A stretch of DNA of 64,000 nt from NCBI GenBank assembly GCA_963666285.1, contig OY762711.1, one strand, 5' to 3'. This DNA comes from Sedimentisphaerales bacterium (GTDB lineage Bacteria > Planctomycetota > Phycisphaerae > Sedimentisphaerales > SM23-30). The notes below the pieces were generated by a model. The model saw nothing but the letters and a program-made list of their open reading frames with translations. It was not told where the DNA came from and made no database searches. Made by a program: the position numbers and the translations under genes. Below, in pieces: positions 29,252 through 38,581 of the stretch (position 1 is its first letter; each line of letters begins with the position of its first letter).

Positions 29252-29770
29252 TTATTTTATATGTTTGAACTGAACAACAGCACTCCATCGGTCTTTTGAA
29301 CTTTTGTTGGCAGAAGGAGAAATAGAGATATCGGTGCAATCGAGAGAGAGGAAATTGCTTTCGGCGAAATCGATAAATTTGCCAAGCTGTTCAATTCTGA
29401 TATTTGAAATTTCGATAACCTCACGGTATTCTTTTTGACCATTTCTAAGAGTTTTGGGCTGTTCACCGGAAAGTTTTTTCATGTTGGATGATGCGATTCC
29501 GGCAGCCTGGGCACATTCGATAAAAGAGCTAACCGTTTCAAATTCTCTTTTGCCGGCGTTGCCGTCGAGATCAATGTTAGATTTTCTTTTGATATCGATA
29601 ATGCCGTTGGCTGCTTCTGTTGCCCTGGCAGCATTTTTGATTTCCTTTTCGGCAGCATTAGCAGCTTTATTCATAGAAAACCAGAAAAACATAGCTACTA
29701 TCAGCAGCAGGGCGGGGGTTAATATTGCCCAGGTTTCAGGTTTTTTGAAATCATCTTTTGTTATGTCCAT
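29252..29770 (-). CDS. Probable T2SS GspM-like protein
   Basis: Single TM, coiled coil and small alpha/beta C-terminal domain; last gene of the gsp cluster. Confidence 0.6.
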   Translation of the reverse strand: MDITKDDFKKPETWAILTPALLLIVAMFFWFSMNKAANAAEKEIKNAARATEAANGIIDIKRKSNIDLDGNAGKREFETVSSFIECAQAAGIASSNMKKLSGEQPKTLRNGQKEYREVIEISNIRIEQLGKFIDFAESNFLSLDCTDISISPSANKSSKDRWSAVVQFKHIK

Positions 29771-29846
29771 TTTAATAATCCTCGTGAGTATTTTTGGTGG
29801 CTAAAAAACTGGAAAAATCGAGCAATTTCCGAAGTCACCTGTATTT

Positions 29847-31292
29847 TCAGCTATTACTATCTTCTGTATCCTTTTTTTTATCGTTAGTATTTCTTCCGGC
29901 ACCGGCGTTAGGTGATGCGGTAGTCATCGGCATTTCGAAAGACTGACGGTTGCCGGCGTTGTTTGAGGTTTCCTGGATAATTTCCAGACCGGAATCCTGG
30001 CTTTGCAGTGTGGTGCGGAGCTGTTTAAGTGCTTCTAGGTCTGGGACAGATCCTGAGAACCGTTTGATTTCACCCGGTTTGAAAGTCATAGAAGTAATAA
30101 TAAGGTCGAATTCCGGGTTGAGTTTGCTGAGCGCCCTGAATGCCAGGTTCATGGTATTGGTAGCGGAATCTGTGTTGCCGGTATTGAGTCCGGAAGCGAT
30201 ATTTTTAATTTTCCTGAACTCTCTTTCCAGATCGGTAAGTCTATGGTCAGGGTTTCTAGAGTTTATCCTGCAATACCTGGCGGCGTTTTTGATATTTTCG
30301 GAAGCTTCCTTTTTCATTTGCTGATATTTGGCGGTATGCATAACCATAATTCCACTCCATGAAAGAATGATAATGCATGCGAGTGCAGACATGGAGAAAA
30401 GTGCAGTCATCCTGGATTTCTTTATGCTGACAGGTTCGAGTCCATCGGCCCTGAAATTACAGTTTGTCCAGCTTTTCTGGTTGGAAAGGGCGGCACCAAT
30501 AGCGGCGGCCCTGGCAAATGAAGTTTCCTTAAGAGGCTTGGAATTTAGTTTGAGCTCTTTGGCGATCTCTTTAATCTTATTTTCGGAGATATTGTCCTCA
30601 TGGTAGTAGATGTTTTTTAATGTTTCGCCGCCGGGCAGAGTGATGGAACATCGGTTAAGTTCTATGTCTATCATATTATAGAACCTGCTGTCGTCAACGT
30701 CTGGGAATTTCCTGGAGATGACCGGCAGACCGTCACTATTGAGTACCAGGAGATATACGGTAGAGCCGCATCTGCCGATAAAGGCGGTAGGTTCTTGAGT
30801 TATTTGTCCAAAAGCATCGAGGAATTTATGCCAGGCGACAACAGCTGGAACGGCAGACACGGGGTCAGAGCCGGCGGCGTTCATCTGTTCGAAAATGTCA
30901 AGCAGTTTATCTTTTTGGGCGGTATAGACAATAAGGTCAACATTAGTAGTATTGGTAGGTTTTTCCTGGTAGCAAATGGCGATTTTTTCTGCGTCGACAG
31001 CAAGTATGTCTTCGATATCGAATTTGAGAGTCTGGCCGGCCTGCTGGATTTCTTCGAATTCGCTGCGATGGTCATGGCTCATATACAGGCTGCCGCCAAG
31101 GGCCAATGTCGGCGGCCTGGTTTTGCCCATTGATTGACAGAGCGAAGCGAGCAGCTCGGTTCCTGTTTGGTTGGCAGCGGCATCATCCGCAGGTTCATAG
31201 AAAGCGGTTCTTATATTAGAACCGGTCCCCTCGACTTCAACGCCGAGAGCGGTTTTGCCATTATAAAAAATTCCAATATTTTTATGAGCCAT
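29847..31292 (-). CDS. Probable T2SS GspL (PilM/PilN-like fusion)
   Basis: Cytoplasmic actin-like region (TLKFDIEDIL; NFR before the TM), one TM, periplasmic domain; follows gspK. Confidence 0.7.
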   Translation of the reverse strand: MAHKNIGIFYNGKTALGVEVEGTGSNIRTAFYEPADDAAANQTGTELLASLCQSMGKTRPPTLALGGSLYMSHDHRSEFEEIQQAGQTLKFDIEDILAVDAEKIAICYQEKPTNTTNVDLIVYTAQKDKLLDIFEQMNAAGSDPVSAVPAVVAWHKFLDAFGQITQEPTAFIGRCGSTVYLLVLNSDGLPVISRKFPDVDDSRFYNMIDIELNRCSITLPGGETLKNIYYHEDNISENKIKEIAKELKLNSKPLKETSFARAAAIGAALSNQKSWTNCNFRADGLEPVSIKKSRMTALFSMSALACIIILSWSGIMVMHTAKYQQMKKEASENIKNAARYCRINSRNPDHRLTDLEREFRKIKNIASGLNTGNTDSATNTMNLAFRALSKLNPEFDLIITSMTFKPGEIKRFSGSVPDLEALKQLRTTLQSQDSGLEIIQETSNNAGNRQSFEMPMTTASPNAGAGRNTNDKKKDTEDSNS

Positions 31293-31313
31293 TTTAAAAC
31301 TCCACTTAGTTTA

Positions 31314-32939
31314 TTAGTAAACAGCCTGCAGCTGCAGTTTAGCACCTCTTCGGTGGTAGCAGGCCTGTTTAGTTTTTGTTATATCTCCGATCGTAGCTAC
31401 AATTCTAACGGTAAAGACATTGTCAACAACCTTGGTCAGGTAGAAGACCGCCGCTGCCATGTTGTTATCGATCCCTTCGATCTGTCGAACATCCCTGGGA
31501 GATAGGAACAGAGATTTGTTTTCTCTATAGTCCACAATCTTCTGGGCCAGTTCCCTGGTAATACCAATTTCTTTAAGCCCAACGGTAAGTACCTCTACCG
31601 GTGCGGTGTTGATATTTATATAAGTTGACCCCCATATGCCGAGATAATCGCTCAGGAGATTACCGCTCGGCAAGGTTACCATTTCCTTGATATCCTGATA
31701 GTGGTTGTTGTTGATATCTCTGTGCCATTGGCCGCCAACGGGTGCGAAATTGATATGATTTCGAGTAACCCAAAGTTCCACCATTCGGTTGGTAGAGCCG
31801 TAACTTCTCCTACGCCAGAGATTATTTTTTTTGTAGACTCCAGGTGTGAAAGGTATGTCGATATTATCGGTAAGCTCTGCGAGATAGTCAATTATTTGCT
31901 GTTTGTTAGGGTTGCCCGGGTCAAGTTCGTCAATAAGCTCTTTTACCAGCGGCATGTTGTAGTTATTATCCTTAGGTGAACTAATACCATATTGGGATTT
32001 CATGGCCCAAACCAGCGGCAGTTTATAGTTTTCTCCGTAGATGTAGATATCGACAGTAGCGTCACCGACTTCGATAGATTCCTTTTTGAGCAGATGCTCT
32101 TTCCATTGATCCGGTACGGCGTCTGATGAACTGCTGCCGGGTGTCTGGATTACCTGTGTGCCAAGTTCGAGGATAGAAAGAATATCATCATATTGATTTT
32201 CAGTTGCGATGGATTCGATTTCACCGAGAGTGTAGTTTATATCGTCAATGTTAGGGTCAGTTATCTGGTTGTAGTCTTCCAGCAGTGTGGTAATGTCGTC
32301 AAGTGAGTTTTCCTGAGCGGTGAGCCCTATTTCGTTAATAATGTTGGCCAGCAACTCGAAATCTATGTTGGTCTGGCCATTTTGCTGATTGAGATATTCG
32401 TTGATAAGATCGGAAACACCCTGCAGGCCTTCGTCTTCTGCGATAGTGATGATACCGGCTAATATAGGTACGGCCACTTCCAGGTCAAGGTTGTCAATGT
32501 CGATAGTTTCTATCATTTCACTTATGACAATATCGTTATTATCAACAGCTATCTGTTTTACCTGTTCGATGAGCTCTGCAAACTGTTCCGGACTGAGCGT
32601 TTTAAGATCACTGGTGAGATCAGCGACTTCATCTTCTGTTTGCTGATCCGTTGAAGTCTGGGCTGTCTGACGTTTGCGTATACGATTGACCATTTCATCG
32701 TTATATTCCTGGATGAGCTTACCGGCAGCAACCAGTCCGGACTCAAGAGCGTAATCACATTGGACCAGATCCTGGCGATGTTTATTCATACGAACCTGTA
32801 TGAATGATTCCTGCTGAAATTCCAGGGCCAGCAGGGTAAGTACGATAATAGCCATAAGCACCAGCAGCAGGACATATCCCTTGCGTCTGGTGGTTGACCT
32901 TGAAGCGTACTGAATTGTTTTGTTATTATTGCGGTACAT
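31314..32939 (-). CDS. gspK: T2SS minor pseudopilin GspK with large acidic insertion
   Basis: KG/YVLLLVL (no E5), ALESGL, ININTAPVEVL..LAQKIVDYR HhH region. Confidence 0.82.
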   Translation of the reverse strand: MYRNNNKTIQYASRSTTRRKGYVLLLVLMAIIVLTLLALEFQQESFIQVRMNKHRQDLVQCDYALESGLVAAGKLIQEYNDEMVNRIRKRQTAQTSTDQQTEDEVADLTSDLKTLSPEQFAELIEQVKQIAVDNNDIVISEMIETIDIDNLDLEVAVPILAGIITIAEDEGLQGVSDLINEYLNQQNGQTNIDFELLANIINEIGLTAQENSLDDITTLLEDYNQITDPNIDDINYTLGEIESIATENQYDDILSILELGTQVIQTPGSSSSDAVPDQWKEHLLKKESIEVGDATVDIYIYGENYKLPLVWAMKSQYGISSPKDNNYNMPLVKELIDELDPGNPNKQQIIDYLAELTDNIDIPFTPGVYKKNNLWRRRSYGSTNRMVELWVTRNHINFAPVGGQWHRDINNNHYQDIKEMVTLPSGNLLSDYLGIWGSTYININTAPVEVLTVGLKEIGITRELAQKIVDYRENKSLFLSPRDVRQIEGIDNNMAAAVFYLTKVVDNVFTVRIVATIGDITKTKQACYHRRGAKLQLQAVY

Positions 32940-33023
32940 TGTTATTTGCTCAAGCTGACCGATGGTCGGTTTGAAAGGTATCAGGTATTAAAGTACTCTA
33001 GTTTTCTAGTATCAGATTTTGAG

Positions 33024-33737
33024 TTATTTATTTGCCCTTCCAGTTGAAGTTTTACCAGTTTGGGAATTAGTTTTATTAGAGCCAGTTCGAGGTTTTCTCT
33101 CGGTACTCTTTTTGATTTCCGCTTCTTCGAGCAGGATTTCATTTATGTTGGGCATGTCAAGGATGTCATTTCTTCTCAGGCAGAAAGTTCTGTAGGTTGA
33201 GAATGTCTGTTCGCTGTTTTTATTGTAATAGCTTTCGACGAGCAGCTCAATAACGGCAGGTGCCGAATTGGGGTCTTCCAGTCCATTTTCGTTAAGCAGC
33301 CTGATATCAAAATTGGCGATGCCGTCACAAATAGGGTAATAAACATCATACCCGGTTTTGTCCTGGCTTGAATAGTCTTTTCGATATAATGTATAAGTTT
33401 CGTTTTCATCTTCGGCAGCGACCCAGCTGATTTCCCGGTTGACCTTGCCGGCCGATGAATTTTCGGTTATGCTGACGCCGCCAAGGTTTTTGATTCCCCT
33501 GGGCGGCAGGATATTGAGCTTGCCCTGTGAACTTACCGAGTCGATGATGTCGGTAGTCATTTTATCGAGGCAGAAATTGACTTGTGATTCCTGGGATATT
33601 CGCTGTCGCAGGCTCACGGTAAAATCGACAGACTGCCTGTAGATCTGCATGACTGAAATCAGGATCAGCGAGGTAATAGTCATTACCGCGATCAGTTCCA
33701 GTAGGGAAAAGCCAGATTGTCGTTTTGTATTTGGCAT
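33024..33737 (-). CDS. T2SS pseudopilin GspJ-like
   Basis: SG/FSLLEL prepilin motif and gene order. Confidence 0.8.
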   Translation of the reverse strand: MPNTKRQSGFSLLELIAVMTITSLILISVMQIYRQSVDFTVSLRQRISQESQVNFCLDKMTTDIIDSVSSQGKLNILPPRGIKNLGGVSITENSSAGKVNREISWVAAEDENETYTLYRKDYSSQDKTGYDVYYPICDGIANFDIRLLNENGLEDPNSAPAVIELLVESYYNKNSEQTFSTYRTFCLRRNDILDMPNINEILLEEAEIKKSTERKPRTGSNKTNSQTGKTSTGRANK

Positions 33738-33739
33738 TT

Positions 33740-34279
33740 TTATTCCTGCATATTCATCATACGATCTAATAGTTCCTGCATAGTAGGATCTCTGCCAAGT
33801 TCTTCTTTCAGCCTTTGGTAATCTTCATCCATTTCATAAGCCGGGCGAAGCGGTACGGCTACTGCGTTGCCAGGTTTAGGGTTTAAGCTTTCAAAGAACC
33901 TGTGCAGTTCATAAGGCTGCATAAGGTTGCCGTCTCCAATATAATTAACCGTTACTATTGCATGAATAACGGTATTGTTCAGGGTGGCAGACTTTTCGCC
34001 TACAGCTTCTCTTTTGAGGTCAAGTTTCCAGCTGAAATCCGGATCCTGCTCGTCATCGGTTTCTAGTCCGACAGAGTCCGGTTCCTGCCTGTTGGTTATC
34101 AGCAGCTCCATCTGTCTGCGGGCAACTTCCGCGGCACGCTGGGCAATCAGGCTATGGGTGACCTGTTTGGTGGATTCATTCAATACCGAGTATGCACCGG
34201 TCAGCAGCAGGCCGAGAAGCAGGGTTGCTGCGACGACCTCGATAAGAGTGAATCCTTTTTGTTTGTGTGGTGCAAGCAT
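33740..34279 (-). CDS. T2SS pseudopilin GspI-like
   Basis: KG/FTLIEV prepilin motif, FSW strand and gene order. Confidence 0.8.
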   Translation of the reverse strand: MLAPHKQKGFTLIEVVAATLLLGLLLTGAYSVLNESTKQVTHSLIAQRAAEVARRQMELLITNRQEPDSVGLETDDEQDPDFSWKLDLKREAVGEKSATLNNTVIHAIVTVNYIGDGNLMQPYELHRFFESLNPKPGNAVAVPLRPAYEMDEDYQRLKEELGRDPTMQELLDRMMNMQE

Positions 34280-34404
34280 ATTTATCGAGTGAAGAACTAA
34301 GAGTGAAGAATTGTGGTTTGCTACGCAAGCTTAATTTATACTCTGTTATGACTTAATCCTTCAAATTTCCGGTATTATTTACAATTTATATATCTTAAGA
34401 GTAC

Positions 34405-35040
34405 TTAAAAGTTTTCAACGGTTTTGGGTAATTTTGTTTCACTATAGTACTGCTTAACATTAGCAGTTGATCTTTCACATCTTAACCAGTTGGAATTCTG
34501 ACCGTTATTGTCGGTTATGGTCAGTACAAACGATTCCTGCCAGCCGCCGGAGTCGGCTTCGAAAATAAACTCTCCGGAGGTGTTGAGCTGACCGTCTTCG
34601 GTCAGAATCGAATCGAGATAGTTAAGCTGTAAAGGCTGACATTCGAAGATCAGCTCTGTTTCCCGGTTATCTTCCGGTTCTGTATCAATTGGATTAAATT
34701 CGGCACCTAAGATAGGTCTGTCGCCGAGTAGTGGTGTTTCTTCGGTGGTATTAGCGGTTCCAAATTCCAACGGCTTGTAAACTTCATAGGTTTCAAAGAT
34801 GCCATTGTCGATATCGAGTACAACTTTGATAGTTTTTCCTTTTAAGACGGCATATTGCACACTTTCCCTGAGGAAGATATCGAGTTTGTCAGCATCGGAA
34901 TCAGTTCGGCTGCGTTCGATAATCCTGACAACAGGGACGCTGGCAAACCCGGTAATCAATACAATAATAACCAGAACCAGCACAAGCTCGACAAGAGAAA
35001 ATGCCTGCCGAGCCTGATATTTTTTTGCTGAAGTATGCAT
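34405..35040 (-). CDS. T2SS pseudopilin GspH-like
   Basis: QA/FSLVEL prepilin motif and gene order. Confidence 0.78.
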   Translation of the reverse strand: MHTSAKKYQARQAFSLVELVLVLVIIVLITGFASVPVVRIIERSRTDSDADKLDIFLRESVQYAVLKGKTIKVVLDIDNGIFETYEVYKPLEFGTANTTEETPLLGDRPILGAEFNPIDTEPEDNRETELIFECQPLQLNYLDSILTEDGQLNTSGEFIFEADSGGWQESFVLTITDNNGQNSNWLRCERSTANVKQYYSETKLPKTVENF

Positions 35041-35074
35041 ATTATGTAAATGACTGGAATATTATCCGAAAAAA

Positions 35075-35515
35075 CTATTCTTCAGTATTAGTTAAAGAGA
35101 AGTTGTCGATATCTCCGCTAATACCATCACCACCTTCTTCACCATCAGCGCCGTAGCAGATGATAGTGTATTCCCTGGAGTCCATTTCCGGTGGGTAGTA
35201 TTCGTAGGAATTATCCCAAGGGTCAAGCGGCAGGCCGTCACCTTCGATATACGGTCCGTCCCAGCCTTTGACATCAGCAGGTTCAACCATCAGATCTTCT
35301 AGGTATTGAGGGTAGATTCCGGTATGAAGTTTGTAGTTATCGATAGCCCTGCAGAAGATAGATATCTGAGCTTTGGCAGCCTGTACCCTGGCTGTATCAA
35401 CGTTCTGTATGATTTTCAGCCCGGCAACACCAGCAAGAACCGCAATGATTCCCAGTACAACCAGCATTTCGATAAGAGTAAAACCGTGATTTCTTTTTGT
35501 TCTGTTTCTGTTCAT
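35075..35515 (-). CDS. gspG: T2SS major pseudopilin GspG
   Basis: G/FTLIEMLVV, WDGPY, DPWDNSYEY, YGADGEEGG...DI. Confidence 0.95.
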   Translation of the reverse strand: MNRNRTKRNHGFTLIEMLVVLGIIAVLAGVAGLKIIQNVDTARVQAAKAQISIFCRAIDNYKLHTGIYPQYLEDLMVEPADVKGWDGPYIEGDGLPLDPWDNSYEYYPPEMDSREYTIICYGADGEEGGDGISGDIDNFSLTNTEE

Positions 35516-35566
35516 TTGATATTCTCCATCTAAATCAAAAATACATATGTATAGGCATATATTATA

Positions 35567-36766
35567 TTAAACAGTATTGACATCCATCATAGGGATAACA
35601 ATTGCCATAAAAATCATTCCAATGATAACGGCCATAATAACAATAATAACAGGTTCGATAACAGCACCGATACGTTCGGCGGCTATATCAGTTTTTTCCT
35701 GCATGGATTCCGCGATATTTCTAAGCATGGTTTCGAGTTCGCCGCTTTTTTCACCGATAGTAATCATGTGAGCGGTGGTAGGGTCAACCAGTCCGCTGTC
35801 CCTGAGAGGGGTGGCGATGTCGGCACCACCAACGATACGTTCACGGGCACGGTGTACGGCATGGCCCATGACTACATTACCGGTAACATCGGCAACCACG
35901 GCCAGAGCATCAGCCATTGGCATACCGCTGCGCATAAGGGCAGCGAGTGTAGAAGCGAACCTGGCGACTACAGTATGTTTGATAAATGTGCCGAAGACCG
36001 GTATTTTAAGTTTGAAGCGGTCGAGCCTGGTACGCCCGGATTTGGTAGATTTCCATTTGCGGAAGAGCAAGTGAGTGACGAAAAGGCAAATAAGTATGAG
36101 CCACCACCATTGAGCCATGAAGCTACTTAGGTTTATAAGTGCTTTTGTAGAAGCGGGAAGCTCTTTACCGGTTGCCATGAGTAGTTTAGTTAGTTTAGGT
36201 ACGGCTACAGTTACGATAACAGAGACAATGACAATACAGCCAATTACGAGTATGGCGGGGTATATCATAGCACTAATGAATTTCTGTTCGAGTTTATTGC
36301 TTTTTAGCATCTGCTCTTTGAGAACTTCGAGTGAACTGCCGAGATTACCGGTAGCTTCGCCAACTTTTACCATTGATGAGTAGATGGTATCGAAGTATTG
36401 CGGATACCCTTTGAGCCCGTCCGCGAAGTTGTCACCGGCGACCAGCTGATCCTTGATATTCTGTAGAGCCTGTTTGAATTTCATGTCGGCAACCTGCAGA
36501 ATAACGAGGTCGAGCGCCTCGGTAAGTTTAACTTCGGCATTGATCATGGTACTAAGCTGGGTGGTAAAATCCATAACCAGTTTTTTATTACGTCGGCTGA
36601 CAGAAACACTGCCTTCCAAGCGAGCGGCTGCGGCCTGTTCAATGCTTTTGGGGTGAAGCATCCGGTTGCGAAGCTGTTTTCGCGCAGCGGCAGCGTTTTC
36701 AGCTACGATAGAGCCTCGTACCTGTTTACCTTCTTTGTCTATAGCTTTGTATTTGAATGATGGCAT
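35567..36766 (-). CDS. gspF: T2SS inner-membrane platform protein GspF
   Basis: FKYKAID, GEATGNL, YPAI, GEKSGEL, IEP. Confidence 0.94.
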   Translation of the reverse strand: MPSFKYKAIDKEGKQVRGSIVAENAAAARKQLRNRMLHPKSIEQAAAARLEGSVSVSRRNKKLVMDFTTQLSTMINAEVKLTEALDLVILQVADMKFKQALQNIKDQLVAGDNFADGLKGYPQYFDTIYSSMVKVGEATGNLGSSLEVLKEQMLKSNKLEQKFISAMIYPAILVIGCIVIVSVIVTVAVPKLTKLLMATGKELPASTKALINLSSFMAQWWWLILICLFVTHLLFRKWKSTKSGRTRLDRFKLKIPVFGTFIKHTVVARFASTLAALMRSGMPMADALAVVADVTGNVVMGHAVHRARERIVGGADIATPLRDSGLVDPTTAHMITIGEKSGELETMLRNIAESMQEKTDIAAERIGAVIEPVIIVIMAVIIGMIFMAIVIPMMDVNTV

Positions 36767-36819
36767 TGTTTAAGCAAGTAATAACTAATAAATTATTTAT
36801 CCGCCTTTGGCGGACTGGA

Positions 36820-38535
36820 TTATACTTCGTCGGACTGGGCCATACGCAGGATTTCCTCGAGCGAAGTCATGCCTTGTTCGACCTTTCTCATGCCGTCCAT
36901 TCGAAGAGTGGTCATCCCACTTTCGAGAGCGACTTTTTTGATCATAGCAGCGCTTTTCCGCTGGTAAATACATTGCCGGACATCGTCGTCGATAGTCATA
37001 AGTTCGTATATGCCTGTTCGTCCCATATACCCGGTTCTAAAACATTTATCACAACCTTTTGGTTCATAGACTTTTTCGAAGCCGGAATACGCCAGCCCCA
37101 GTTTCTTGATTTTATCCGAATCGCCCGCGATTTCCTCTTTGCAATGCGGGCATAACCTTCTGACAAGCCGCTGTGCCAGGGCACCGACAACAGAGGAGGC
37201 AACCAGGTACGGTTCGACATTGAAATCGAGTATACGGGTAATAGCGCCAGATGCATCATTGGTATGCAGGGTGCTGAATACCAGGTGACCGGTAAGCGAG
37301 GATTGGATAACCATCCGAGCGGTTTCCTCATCACGTACCTCACCAACCATAATAACATCCGGGTCCTGACGCAGAATATGTCTCAGGGCGGTGATAAAAG
37401 TCATGCCTTTGCGGTTGGCGACCTGAATCTGGCTTATGCCGTCGAGATGATATTCGATTGGGTCTTCTACGGTGATAACGTTCTTTTCACGAGCATCAAT
37501 TTTCTGCAGAAAGCTGTAAAGAGTAGTACTTTTACCGCTACCGGTAGGCCCAGTTACAAAGAATACGCCGTGAGGCCGGTTGATAAGATCCCCGATACGG
37601 TCATAGTCATAATCGCTGAGTCCAAGCTCTTTTAGCGAGTAAACTCCGCTGCCTTTATCGAGAATACGCAAAACCGACCGTTCGCCATAGGCGGTAGGTA
37701 CGGTACTAACACGGAGGTCAACTTCGCGTGACCCGATTCTGACACTACAGCGTCCGTCTTGAGGCATACGTCGTTCAGCGATATCCATGCCGCTCATAAC
37801 CTTGATACGGGATACGAGAACCGGCAGCAGTCTCGGGTCGAGAGTGAGCATATCGTATAGAAGTCCGTCGATACGGTATCGTACCATCAGCTTTTGTTCA
37901 AACGGATGGATATGTACATCAGAGGTTCTCATCTGGAGAGCCTTGAAGAGGATATCATTAACCAGACGGATAACCGGCGGTCGGTTGACAACATCAAGCA
38001 GGTCTTCGCTGGAGACGTCGCCGATAAGACTCTGGATACTGCTGGAGTCAACTTCTTCGGCAACTTCTTCGAGTACGGTTGTTCGGTTTTCGTATGCACC
38101 GTTAATCGCAGTGTTGATGATAGCACGGTTGGCAAGTGCGGGTATGACAGGCAGTCCTGTCATATTAGCGATATTATCGACGGCATAGAATTCCAGCGGT
38201 CTGCATGTGGCAATGACAAGGGAGCCGTCACGGTTTTCGACGGCACAGACATTGTGCTGATGAGCGTAGTTGCTGGGCACAATATTTGAAAACTCGGCAG
38301 GAACATCAGCCGGGTCGATATGTTCGAGATAATCCATCCCGAGTGCCGCAGCGAAGAGCCTGAGTACCTGGTCTTCGGTGAAGCTACCTTCGGCCAGTAT
38401 CATGCTGTCGAGATCGGCGGGGTTGTCCGAGACCTCGAGCTTTCGGGCGCATATTTCCAGCACATCTTCGAGGTCGCCAGGATCGACGGCCCCGGTTTTT
38501 CTTGCTGCTGTAATTAACTTATCTTGTATTTTCAT
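36820..38535 (-). CDS. gspE: T2SS ATPase GspE
   Basis: GPTGSGKSTT, EDPIE, LRQDPDVIMVGE, TGHLVFSTLH, CPHC/CDKC. Confidence 0.96.
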   Translation of the reverse strand: MKIQDKLITAARKTGAVDPGDLEDVLEICARKLEVSDNPADLDSMILAEGSFTEDQVLRLFAAALGMDYLEHIDPADVPAEFSNIVPSNYAHQHNVCAVENRDGSLVIATCRPLEFYAVDNIANMTGLPVIPALANRAIINTAINGAYENRTTVLEEVAEEVDSSSIQSLIGDVSSEDLLDVVNRPPVIRLVNDILFKALQMRTSDVHIHPFEQKLMVRYRIDGLLYDMLTLDPRLLPVLVSRIKVMSGMDIAERRMPQDGRCSVRIGSREVDLRVSTVPTAYGERSVLRILDKGSGVYSLKELGLSDYDYDRIGDLINRPHGVFFVTGPTGSGKSTTLYSFLQKIDAREKNVITVEDPIEYHLDGISQIQVANRKGMTFITALRHILRQDPDVIMVGEVRDEETARMVIQSSLTGHLVFSTLHTNDASGAITRILDFNVEPYLVASSVVGALAQRLVRRLCPHCKEEIAGDSDKIKKLGLAYSGFEKVYEPKGCDKCFRTGYMGRTGIYELMTIDDDVRQCIYQRKSAAMIKKVALESGMTTLRMDGMRKVEQGMTSLEEILRMAQSDEV

Positions 38536-38581
38536 AATTAAATTGTTTCAAACTGGCCGGTTAAGAGTTTACAAGACCGAT

